A stretch of 64,000 nt of DNA from contig BROI01000011.1 of the NCBI GenBank assembly GCA_027923505.1, positions 806,001-870,000 of the forward strand, in the 5' to 3' direction. Positions within the stretch are counted from its first letter, which is position 1; each line of letters begins with the position of its first letter. Position numbers and translations under genes: made by a program. The notes below the pieces were generated by a model that was not told the DNA's origin, ran no database searches, and saw only the letters and a list, made by a program, of their open reading frames with translations. This document shows, piece by piece, positions 34,330 to 46,400 of this stretch. This DNA comes from Mayamaea pseudoterrestris (taxonomy: Eukaryota).

Positions 34330-35560
34330 CTGCAAAAAGAGACAGGGAAGAAAGAACAAGTCACCAAAGACAATTTGCAGTGGACAGCCTCCTGTAAAGT
34401 AATGGTTGCCACACCTTGGTTGTCAACAAACAAGAAGAATCAAATTTGCGATCTGGGCCAAGGAGTCAAAAGCATCCTTGATTGTATTGGTTGGTGGTGG
34501 CTTGGAATAGTATCACAACGTAGCAGTACTCGCATTCAGAAGGCAAAACCTAACACACCCCAGAATCGAAACAGAGCACCAGCAAACTATTCACGTTGCT
34601 CAAACAGTGCCGCTGCATGTATATAACTACTGTTTCAGTCACTAGTATGGCTCAAAGTACAAACACCATGCTGTGCCATTACATTGTGACAGATAGTTTC
34701 ATGACTTCCTTGGGTGTGAGCAGAGGTGACACGGTTCTGTGGATGCTGTCCCTATGTCAAGGGTGGCAGCAATCAGACTGCATATTTCTCTTAGCATCAT
34801 ATACCAACCAGGGCACGGGATGTCACAAAATATTTTGCCCCACTGGGATAACCAGCCAGTCTGCCAGGATGGTATCAAAGGTGATTGCGATGTTGGGGTG
34901 ATAATGGAGCCATCGGAATGCTGCTGATTATTATTTGCTGCCATGTAAATTCCCTCCATTGGAATATCCACTTGTAACTTCCATATGAGCTTGATCATGC
35001 ATGGAATGACTAAGCCATTTATCAGGCAATTGACGTTGCCTCTATCAAGTGGGTGTAAAGGCATGGAAGGATCACTAAACAAGTGTCCTTCGTCACCAAG
35101 GCGCCCATGTTTTGGAGGGATGTACCAGATCAAGGCCAGGAAGTGACTAGGTACATGCGCCCAAAGGCAGCAAGGGAACATGAAGTGGTATGACAATTTT
35201 TCTTCCATTCTGTATTTTTCAATAATGTTGTCCAATCTTTGTCAAGCCCTCTGTTGTTTTCTTGTTTGCGTCAAGCAACATCCTCAAACGGGTAGACAAA
35301 GTCACTGCAGAAAGGGATGCCAGCATCCTTCTCTTTTCCCTGGAAGTTGTCCATCAGGTAATGAGGTGGCAAGGTGACATGCTGGAGGCTGGCAAGTGAA
35401 TCTTGGAGCAGTGTTTGAACTTTGGTGGCGTGAGTGCACACCCCTCCCAGCCAGCAAAGTAAGTCATGTATAGGAAGTTACATTGTAGAGGAGCAGCTCC
35501 CATGTTGTCAACTCTTTGCGGACAGATGTCACTGGTGTCCTTATTAGGATAAAGGTGTGT
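34330..35560 (-). mobile_element. Decayed reverse transcriptase remnant, DIRS/tyrosine-recombinase retrotransposon-like
   Basis: Across frameshifts on the minus strand: DLLCWLGGVCTHA (~35440), EEKLSYHFMFP, LIWKLQVDIPMEGIYMAANN / SAAFRWLHYHPNIAI..LVIPVG (~34980-34840; RT 'DD..AFR' block) and LFVDNQGVA (~34430; YxDD-type block). Confidence 0.6.
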
Positions 35561-36912
35561 CTGTGTGAGATACCAGACGGGACTGGTGATGCTCATGTGC
35601 AAATGTGTGTGTAGCTTTGGTGGTGATTACCAATGGCGTCGCAATGTCATGTCATCCCGTGCAGATAAGTTGCCCCATGCGAGATGCAGAATGAAGTAGA
35701 GAGAGGTGTGTGCATGCTCACAGCTGAGATTGATGGTCACCTTTTCAAGCCGGCGGAGGTAGACCCTTGTTTGGGATAATTATGGAACAGGTAGACTTTC
35801 TGCAGGCCTTCTACTGACAGTGCTGCTGCAATGTCCACTCTGACAAATTAGTTCAGCCAAGTTAATAAATCTGCTTTTTGGAATGTTATTTCATAGTTCT
35901 TTATCCAAGTTTGTGTTTTTATGTTCTACATACCAGGCAAGTACCACATGTTGTCCATGTGAGTGGAAATGGAAAGTGGAGACGTCCAGTGATTAATCAA
36001 AATTTGTTAACACCATTGACAATCACACAATCATAGTCTTACCTCCAAAAAGCTCTGATACAGGATTCTTGGCCACAGTCTGTACAGCTCTTGATGGAGA
36101 TGCTTTGCAGAATAGTCTCGCGCTCACCACTACATGAATACAACTTCACTCTCATTGCATAACAGTAATACCATATTGTGTGTTACTTTTTACATCACTA
36201 CCATTGACTCCACTCAGAAGATCATCCAGTCAATCAGTTTCTTTCAATCACTTTCCTTCAGTTGCTATTTGTTACAACAAATCCACATATTGGTTGCACA
36301 ATTTCTCTAGTCACATGTCACATACGACGCGCTGCGGACTTGACACCAGCTATTTAGGGTTCAGTTCTTGACTTTGTTGCTCTACAACTTGTCATTTGTC
36401 ATATCATGAGAGCCTAATAATTGCTTTTGGTTGTTGGGCCAATGTCCATCAATGTGTGCAGCAAGTGGTCCCACAATAGCTGACGGCGTAGGGCTAGCTT
36501 GGGATGGTGAAAAGTGCTGAAAGCTGTTTGCAACTGGAGGCCTTTCCAATTGTTCCATGTGTTGGTGGCCTGTGACATGAATAGCGTATCAACTTTTACT
36601 AGATTGGGGCTTTGTTGCTGAGGTGGTGGAGCCTATTGCGTGTCCCAAGCCAAAGCTGTAATTCAGGTGCAGCAGGGTTATTGGCATCATCATTCTCTTG
36701 TTTGAAGCAAAAACTTTCCCTTGGTGAGGACTTCCTGGCCCTCCATCCAACCATCAATCTGGAATGCCATTGCGGTGGCTTTCTCCTCTTCTTTGGGGCC
36801 ATGTCACCCAACCAGGTTGTAGAAGCCTTGTTTGGATCAGCAGATGTAAACATCTTGCAGAGCTCCTGGAAAACAGACAACCTTCATGATAGAAGGAATG
36901 AGGGAGTCTACC

Positions 36913-37373
36913 AATAAGTACATCTTTCCCTCAAGCTACTCATGCAGCAACATGTCCCTTGCTTAGCATTGTACATTTATATCTAACTTTGACACATAAA
37001 GTAACACAACATTGAAGACAATACCTCTCTGCCCCAAGTCACTCATGCAGCAACATGTCCCATGCATAGCATTGTACGTTAACATCTAGCTTTAACACAT
37101 AATATAAACACAAGGCTTTCTGAACCAACATCAAGCTGTGACTCCATAGTACTTGTAGTTTCCAACAAGCCAAGCCATGTGTTTCAGTTGCATCTGTTTG
37201 ATGTGATGACAAGACACCACACAACCACGGTACGACACATTGCAAGTGATAATTATTTCACCGATTCACAGCTAGTAAGGGCCCCTTTAGCTCAGTCGGT
37301 AGAGCGTACGTCTCATAAACCAATCAAAAACGCAGAGCCAGCGTAAGGTCAGCAGTTCGATCCTGTTAGGGGG
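36913..37373 (+). repeat. ~460-bp direct repeat, copy 2
   Basis: Partner of 32888-33348. Confidence 0.95.
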
Positions 37374-37375
37374 CA
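37281..37375 (+). tRNA. Elongator tRNA-Met(CAT) with a 22-nt intron (37318-37339)
   Basis: Acceptor GCCCCTT/AGGGGGC+A, D arm GCTC/GAGC, anticodon stem TACGT/GCGTA with CT-CAT-A loop and intron at the canonical 37/38 position, T arm AGCAG-TTCGATC-CTGTT. Confidence 0.92.
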
Positions 37376-37377
37376 CA

Positions 37378-37390
37378 TTTTTTGCTTTTT
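37378..37390 (+). terminator. RNA polymerase III oligo-T terminator
   Basis: T6 and T5 runs start 3 nt after the tRNA discriminator base. Confidence 0.8.
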
Positions 37391-37493
37391 AATTTCATTT
37401 GTTTTTAAATCACAATTAGCATTAAAATTTAGTACTGTATATGATAGCTTCAAGATCACTGTGATTTGCATGACTAATGGTAAAATTTTTTGT

Positions 37494-40400
37494 CTTGCTG
37501 TAGGGGCGTTTGAATGTCATGGCATCTGCGGGCTGAGACTGGTGACAAGTAGTCACCAAATACATTGCCATCCCCTGAGAGACCCGCCAAGCCTACCATG
37601 TTGTAGCGCAGCCGGAATAATGATGTTGGCACCGTTCTGGTGTAATTTGGGCACCTACAGGGCTTGCTGTAGGGGCGTTTGAATGTCATGGCATCTGCGG
37701 GCTGAGACTGGTGACAAGTTGTCACCAAATACATTGCCATCCCCTGAGACACCAGCCAAGCCTACCATCTTGTAGTGCAGCTGGAATAACAATGTTGGCA
37801 TCATTCTGGTGTAATTTGAGCACCTACAGGGCTTGCTGTAGGGGCGTTTGAATGTCATGGCATCTGCGGGCTGAGACTGGTGACAAGTTGTCACCAAATA
37901 CATTGCCACCCCCTGAGACACCAGCCAAGCCTACCATCTTGTAGCGCAGCCTGAATTATGATGTTGGCACCATTCTGGTGTAATTTGGGCACCTACAGGG
38001 CTTGCTGTAGGGGCGTTTGAATGTCATGGCATCTGCGGGCTGAGACTGGTGACAAGTTGTCACCAAATACATTGCCATCCCCTGAGACACCAGCCAAGCC
38101 TACCATCTTGTAGCGCAGCCGGAATAATGATGTTGGCACCATTCTGGTGTAATTTGGGCACCTACAGGGCTTGCTGTCGGGGCGTTTGAATGTCATGGCA
38201 TCTGCGGGCTGAGACTGGTGACAAGTTGTCACCAAATACATTGCCATCCCCTGAGACACCAGCCAAGCCTACCATCTTGTAGCGCAGCCTGAAAAATGAT
38301 GTTGGCACCATAGATATTGAATTTGGGCTCCTACAGGGCTTGCTGTAGGGGCGTTTATATATCATGGCATCTGCGGGCTGAGACTGGTGACAAGTTGTCA
38401 CCAAATACATTGCCATCCCCTGAGACACCAGCCAAGCCTACCATCTTGTAGCGCAGCCTGAATAATGATGTTGGCACCATTCTGGTGTAATTTGGGCACC
38501 TACAGGGCTTGCTGTAGGGGCGTTTGAATGTCATGGCATCTGCAGGGTGAGACTGGTGACTAGTTGTCACCAAATACATTGCCATCCCCTGAGACACCAG
38601 CCAAGCCTACCATCTTGTAGCGCAGCCTGAATAATGATGTTGGCACCATTCTGGTGTAATTTGGGCACCTACAGGGCTTGCTGTAGGGGCGTTTGAATGT
38701 CATGGCATCTGCGGGCTGAGACTGGTGACAAGTTGTCACCAAATACATTGCCATCCCCTGAGACACCAGCCAAGCCTACCATCTTGTAGCGCAGCTGGAA
38801 ATAATGATGTTGGCACCATTCTGGTGTAATTTGGGCACCTACAGGGCTTGCTGTAGGGGCGTTTGAATGTCATGGCATCTGTGGGCTGAGACTGGTGACA
38901 AGTTGTCACCAAATACATTGCCATCCCCTGAGACACCAGCCAAGCCTACCATCTTGTAGCGCAGCCTGAAAAATGATGTTGGCACCATTCTGGTGTAATT
39001 TGGGCACCTACAGGGCTTGCTGTAGGGGCGTTTGAATGTCATGGCATCTGCAGGCTGAGACTGGTGACAAGTTGTCACCAAATACATTGCCATCCCCTGA
39101 GACACCATCCAAGCCTACCATCTTGTAGCGCAGCCTGAATAATGATGTTGGCACCATTCTGGTGCATTTTGGGCACCTACAGGGCTTGCTATAGGGGCAT
39201 TTGAATGTCATTCATCAGCGGGCTGAGACTGGTGACAAGTTGTCAGCAACTACATCACCACCCCTGAGACACCAGCCAAGCCTACCATCTTGTAGCGCAG
39301 CCTGAATAATGATGTTGGCACCATTCTGGTGTATTTTGGGCACCTACAGGGCTTGCTGTAGGGGCGTTTGAATGTCATGGCATCTGCGGGCTGAGACTGG
39401 TGACAAGTTGTCACCAAATACATTGCCATCCCCTGAGACACCAGCCAAGCCTACCATCTTGTAGCGCAGCCTGAATAATGATGTTGGCACCATTCTGGTG
39501 TAATTTGGGCACCTACAGGGCTTGCTGTAGGGGCGTTTGAATGTCATGGCATCTGCGGGCTGAGACTGGTGACAAGTTGTCACCAAATACATTGCCATCC
39601 CCTGAGACACCAGCCAAGCCTACCATCTTGTAGCGCAGCTGGAATAACGATGTTGGCACCATTCTGGTGTAATTTGAGCACCTACAGGGCTTGCTGTAGG
39701 GGCGTTTGAATGTCATGGCATCTGCGGGCTGAGACTGGTGACAAGTTGTCACCAAATACATTGCCATCCCCTGAGACACCAGCCAAGCCTACCATCTTGT
39801 AGCGCAGCCTGAAAAATGATGTTGGCACCATTCTGGTGTAATTTGGGCACCTACAGGGCTTGCTGTAGGGGCGTTTGAATGTCATGGCATCTGCGGGCTG
39901 AGACTGGTGACAAGTTGTCACCAAATACATTGCCATCCCCTGAGACACCAGCCAAGCCTACCATCTTGTAGCGCAGCCTGAATAATGATGTTGGCACCAT
40001 TCTGGTGTAATTTGGGCACCTACAGGGCTTGCTGTAGGGGCGTTTGAATGTCATGGCATCTGCGGGCTGAGACTGGTGACAAGTTGTCACCAAATACATT
40101 GCCATCCCCTGAGACACCAGCCAAGCCTACCATCTTGTAGCGCAGCTGGAAATAATGATGTTGGCACCATTCTGGTGTAATTTGGGCACCTACAGGGCTT
40201 GCTGTATGGGCGTTTGAATGTCATGGCATCTGCGGGCTGAGACTGGTGACAAGTTGTCACCAAATACATTGCCATCCCCTGAGACACCAGCCAAGCCTAC
40301 CATCTTGTAGCGCAGCCTGAAAAATGATGTTGGCACCATTCTGGTGTAATTTGGGCACCTACAGGGCTTGCTGTAGGGGCGTTTGAATGTCATGGCATCT

Positions 40401-43400
40401 GCGGGCTGAGACTGGTGACAAGTTGTCACCAAATACATTGCCACCCCCCCAGTCGCAACTATCCACCCTGAGACACCAGCCAAGCCTACCATCTTGTAGT
40501 GCAGCCTGAATAATGATGTTGGCACCATTCTGGTGTAATTTGGGCACCTACAGGGCTTGCTGTAGGGGCGTTTGAATGTCATGGCATCTGCGGGCTGAGA
40601 CTGGTGACAAGTTGTCACCAAATACATTGCCATCCCCTGAGACACCAGCCAAGCCTACCATCTTGTAGCGCAGCCTGAATAATGATGTTGGCACCATTCT
40701 GGTGTAATTTGGGCACCTACAGGGCTTGCTGAAGGGGCGTTTGAATGTCATGGCATCTGCGGGCTGAGACTGGTGACAAGTTGTCACCAAATACATTGCC
40801 ATCCCCTGAGACACCAGCCAAGCCTACCATCTTGTAGCGCAGCCTGAATAATGATGTTGGCACCATTCTGGTGTAATTTGGGCACCTACAGGGCTTGCTG
40901 TAGGGGCGTTTGAATGTCATGGCATCTGCGGGCTGAGACTGGTGACAAGTTGTCACCAAATACATTGCCATCCCCTGAGACACCAGCCAAGCCTACCATG
41001 TTGTAGCGCAGCCTGAATAATGATGTTGGCACCATTCTGGTGTAATTTGGGCACCTACAGGGCTTGCTGTAGGGGCGTTTGAATGTCATGGCATCTGCGG
41101 GCTGAGACTGGTGACAAGTTGTCACCAAATACATTGCCATCCCCTGAGACACCAGCCAAGCCTACCATCTTGTAGCGCAGCCTGAATAATGATGTTGGCA
41201 CCATTCTGGTGTAATTTGGGCACCTACAGGGCTTGCTGTAGGGGCGTTTGAATGTCATGGCATCTGCGGGCTGAGACTGGTGACAAGTTGTCACCAAATA
41301 CATTGCCATCCCCTGAGACACCAGCCAAGCCTACCATCTTGTAGCGCAGCCTGAATAATGATGTTGGCACCATTCTGGTGTAATTTGGGCACCTACAGGG
41401 CTTGCTGTAGGGGCGTTTGAATGTCATGGCATCTGCGGGCTGAGACTGGTGACAAGTTGTCACCAAATACATTGCCATCCCCTGAGACACCAGCCAAGCC
41501 TACCATCTTGTAGCGCAGCCTGAAAAATGATGTTGGCACCATTCTGGTGTAATTTGGGCACCTACAGGGCTTGCTGTAGGGGCGTTTGAATGTCATGGCA
41601 TCTGCGGGCTGAGACTGGTGACAAGTTGTCACCAAATACATTGCCATCCCCTGAGACACCAGCCAAGCCTACCATGTTGTAGCGCAGCCTGAATAATGAT
41701 GTTGGCACCATTCTGGTGTAATTTGGGCACCTACAGGGCTTGCTGTAGGGGCGTTTGAATGTCATGGCATCTGCGGGCTGAGACTGGTGACAAGTTGTCA
41801 CCAAATACATTGCCATCCCCTGAGACACCAGCCAAGCCTACCATCTTGTAGCGCAGCCTGAATAATGATGTTGGCACCATTCTGGTGTAATTTGGGCACC
41901 TACAGGGCTTGCTGTAGGGGCGTTTGAATGTCATGGCATCTGCGGGCTGAGACTGGTGACAAGTTGTCACCAAATACATTGCCATCCCCTGAGACACCAG
42001 CCAAGCCTACCATCTTGTAGCGCAGCCTGAATAATGATGTTGGCACCATTCTGGTGTAATTTGGGCACCTACAGGGCTTGCTGTAGGGGCGTTTGAATGT
42101 CATGGCATCTGCGGGCTGAGACTGGTGACAAGTTGTCACCAAATACATTGCCATCCCCTGAGACACCAGCCAAGCCTACCATCTTGTAGCGCAGCCTGAA
42201 TAATGATGTTGGCACCATTCTGGTGTAATTTGGGCACCTACAGGGCTTGCTGTAGGGGCGTTTGAATGTCATGGCATCTGCGGGCTGAGACTGGTGACAA
42301 GTTGTCACCAAATACATTGCCATCCCCTGAGACACCAGCCAAGCCTACCATCTTGTAGCGCAGCCTGAATAATGATGTTGGCACCATTCTGGTGTAATTT
42401 GGGCACCTACAGGGCCTGCTGTAGGGGCGTTTGAATGTCATGGCATCTGCGGGCTGAGACTGGTGACAAGTTGTCACCAAATACATTGCCATCCCCTGAG
42501 ACACCAGCCAAGCCTACCATCTTGTAGCGCAGCCTGAATAATGATGTTGGCACCATTCTGGTGTAATTTGGGCACCTACAGGGCTTGCTGTAGGGGCGTT
42601 TGAATGTCATGGCATCTGCGGGCTGAGACTGGTGACAAGTTGTCACCAAATACATTGCCATCCCCTGAGACACCAGCCAAGCCTACCATCTTGTAGCGCA
42701 GCCTGAATAATGATGTTGGCACCATTCTGGTGTAATTTGGGCACCTACAGGGCTTGCTGTAGGGGCGTTTGAATGTCATGGCATCTGCGGGCTGAGACTG
42801 GTGACAAGTTGTCACCAAATACATTGCCATCCCCTGAGACACCAGCCAAGCCTACCATCTTGTAGCGCAGCCTGAATAATGATGTTGGCACCATTCTGGT
42901 GTAATTTGGGCACCTACAGGGCTTGCTGTAGGGGCGTTTGAATGTCATGGCATCTGCGGGCTGAGACTGGTGACAAGTTGTCACCAAATACATTGCCATC
43001 CCCTGAGACACCAGCCAAGCCTACCATCTTGTAGCGCAGCCTGAATAATGATGTTGGCACCATTCTGGTGTAATTTGGGCACCTACAGGGCTTGCTGTAG
43101 GGGCGTTTGAATGTCATGGCATCTGCGGGCTGAGACTGGTGACAAGTTGTCACCAAATACATTGCCATCCCCTGAGACACCAGCCAAGCCTACCATCTTG
43201 TAGCGCAGCCTGAATAATGATGTTGGCACCATTCTGGTGTAATTTGGGCACCTACAGGGCTTGCTGTAAGGGCGTTTGAATGTCATGGCATCTGCGGGCT
43301 GAGACTGGTGACAAGTTGTCACCAAATACATTGCCATCCCCTGAGACACCAGCCAAGCCTACCATCTTGTAGCGCAGCCTGAATAATGATGTTGGCACCA

Positions 43401-46400
43401 TTCTGGTGTAATTTGGGCACCTACAGGGCTTGCTGTAGGGGCGTTTGAATGTCATGGCATCTGCGGGCTGAGACTGGTGACAAGTTGTCACCAAATACAT
43501 TGCCATCCCCTGAGACACCAGCCAAGCCTACCATCTTGTAGCGCAGTCTGAATAATGATGTTGGCACCATTCTGGTGTAATTTGGGCACCTACAGGGCTT
43601 GCTGTAGGGGCGTTTGAATGTCATGGCATCTGCGGGCTGAGACTGGTGACAAGTTGTCACCAAATACATTGCCATCCCCTGAGACACCAGCCAAGCCTAC
43701 CATCTTGTAGCGCAGCCTGAATAATGATGTTGGCACCATTCTGGTGTAATTTGGGCACCTACAGGGCTTGCTGTAGGGGCGTTTGAATGTCATGGCATCT
43801 GCGGGCTGAGACTGGTGACAAGTTGTCACCAAATACATTGCCATCCCCTGAGACACCAGCCAAGCCTACCATCTTGTAGCGCAGCCTGAATAATGATGTT
43901 GGCACCATTCTGGTGTAATTTGGGCACCTACAGGGCTTGCTGTAGGGGCGTTTGAATGTCATGGCATCTGCGGGCTGAGACTGGTGACAAGTTGTCACCA
44001 AATACATTGCCATCCCCTGAGACACCAGCCAAGCCTACCATCTTGTAGCGCAGCCTGGAATAACGATGTTGGCACCATTCTGGTGTAATTTGGGCACCTA
44101 CAGGGCTTGCTGTAGGGGCGTTTGAATGTCATGGCATCTGCGGGCTGAGACTGGTGACAAGTTGTCACCAAATACATTGCCATCCCCTGAGACACCAGCC
44201 AAGCCTACCATCTTGTAGCGCAGCAGGAATAATGATGTTGGCACCATTCTGGTGTAATTTGGTCACCTACGGGGCTTGCTGTAGGGGCGTTTGAATGTCA
44301 CGGCATCTGCGGGCTGAGACTGGTGACAAGTTGTCACCAAATACATTGCCATCCCCTGAGACACCAGCCAAGCCTACCATCTTGTAGCGCAGCCTGAATA
44401 ATGATGTTGGCACCATTCTGGTGTAATTTGGGCACCTACAGGGCTTGCTGTAGGGGCGTTTGAATGTCATGGCATCTGCGGGCTGAGACTGGTGACAAGT
44501 TGTCACCAAATACATTGCCATCCCCTGAGACACCAGCCAAGCCTACCATCTTGTAGCGCAGCCTGAATAATGATGTTGGCACCATTCTGGTGTAATTTGG
44601 GCACCTACAGGGCTTGCTGTAGGGGCGTTTGAATGTCATGGCATCTGCGGGCTGAGACTGGTGACAAGTTGTCACCAAATACATTGCCATCCCCTGAGAC
44701 ACCAGCCAAGCCTACCATCTTGTAGCGCAGCCTGAATAATGATGTTGGCACCATTCTGGTGTAATTTGGGCACCTACAGGGCTTGCTGTAGGGGCGTTTG
44801 AATGTCATGGCATCTGCGGGCTGAGACTGGTGACAAGTTGTCACCAAATACATTGCCATCCCCTGAGACACCAGCCAAGCCTACCATCTTGTAGCGCAGC
44901 CTGAATAATGATGTTGGCACCATTCTGGTGTAATTTGGGCACCTACAGGGCTTGCTGTAGGGGCGTTTGAATGTCATGGCATCTGCGGGCTGAGACTGGT
45001 GACAAGTTGTCACCAAATACATTGCCATCCCCTGAGACACCAGCCAAGCCTACCATCTTGTAGCGCAGCCTGAATAATGATGTTGGCACCATTCTGGTGT
45101 AATTTGGGCACCTACAGGGCTTGCTGTAGGGGCGTTTGAATGTCATGGCATCTGCGGGCTGAGACTGGTGACAAGTTGTCACCAAATACATTGCCATCCC
45201 CTGAGACACCAGCCAAGCCTACCATCTTGTAGCGCAGCCTGAATAATGATGTTGGCACCATTCTGGTGTAATTTGGGCACCTACAGGGCTTGCTGTAGGG
45301 GCGTTTGAATGTCATGGCATCTGCGGGCTGAGACTGGTGACAAGTTGTCACCAAATACATTGCCATCCCCTGAGACACCAGCCAAGCCTACCATCTTGTA
45401 GCGCAGCCTGAATAATGATGTTGGCGCCATTCTGGTGTAATTTGGGGCCCTACAGGGCTTGCTGTAGGGGCGTTTAAATGTCATGGCATCTGCGGGCTGA
45501 GACTGGTGACAAGTTGTCACCAAATACATTGCCATCCCCTGAGACACCAGCCAAGCCTACCATCTTGTAGTGCAGCCTGAATAATGATGTTGGCACCATT
45601 CTGGTGTAATTTGGGCACCTACAGGGCTTGCTGTAGGGGCGTTTGAATGTCATGGCATCTGCGGGCTGAGACTGGTGACAAGTTGTCACCAAATACATTG
45701 CCATCCCCTGAGACACCAGCCAAGCCTACCATCTTGTAGCGCAGCCTGAATAATGATGTTGGCACCATTCTGGTGTAATTTGGGCACCTACAGGGCTTGC
45801 TATAGGGGCGTTTGAATGTCATGGCATCTGCGGCCTGAGACTGGTGACAAGTTGTCACCAAATACATTGCCATCCCCTGAGACACCAGCCAAGCCTACCA
45901 TCTTGTAGCGCAGCCGGAATAATGATGTTGGCACCATTCTGGTGTAATTTGGGCACCTACAGGGCTTGCTGTAGGGGCGTTTGAATGTCATGGCATCTGC
46001 GGGCTGAGACTGGTGACAAGTTGTCACCAAATACATTGCCATCCCCTGAGACACCAGCCAAGCTTACCATCTTGTAGTGCAGCCTGAATAATGATGTTGG
46101 CACCATTCTGGTGTATTTTGGGCTCCTACAGGGCTAGCTGTAGGGGCGTTTGAATGTCATGGCATCTGCGGGCTGAGACTGGTGACAAGTTGTCACCAAA
46201 TACATTGCATCCTGAGACACCACCAAGCCTACCATCTTGTAGCGCAGCCTGAATGATGTATGTTGGCACCATTCTGGTGTAATTTGGGCACCTACAGGGC
46301 TTGCTGTAGGGGCGTTTGAATGTCATGGCATCTGCCGGGCTGAGACGTGACAAGTTGTCACCAAATACATTGCCATCCCCTGAGACACCAGCCAAGCCTA

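Noticed and set aside
33014..37245. Short ORFs in the junction zone, including the duplicated 68-aa ORF (33014-33220, 37039-37245)
   Set aside because: They lie in duplicated or decayed DNA, have the Cys/His/Met-rich composition expected from CpG decay, and show no domain signal.
32888..37373. Canonical LTR retrotransposon (Copia/Gypsy)
   Set aside because: No TG..CA termini, primer-binding site, polypurine tract, target-site duplication or integrase motifs seen.
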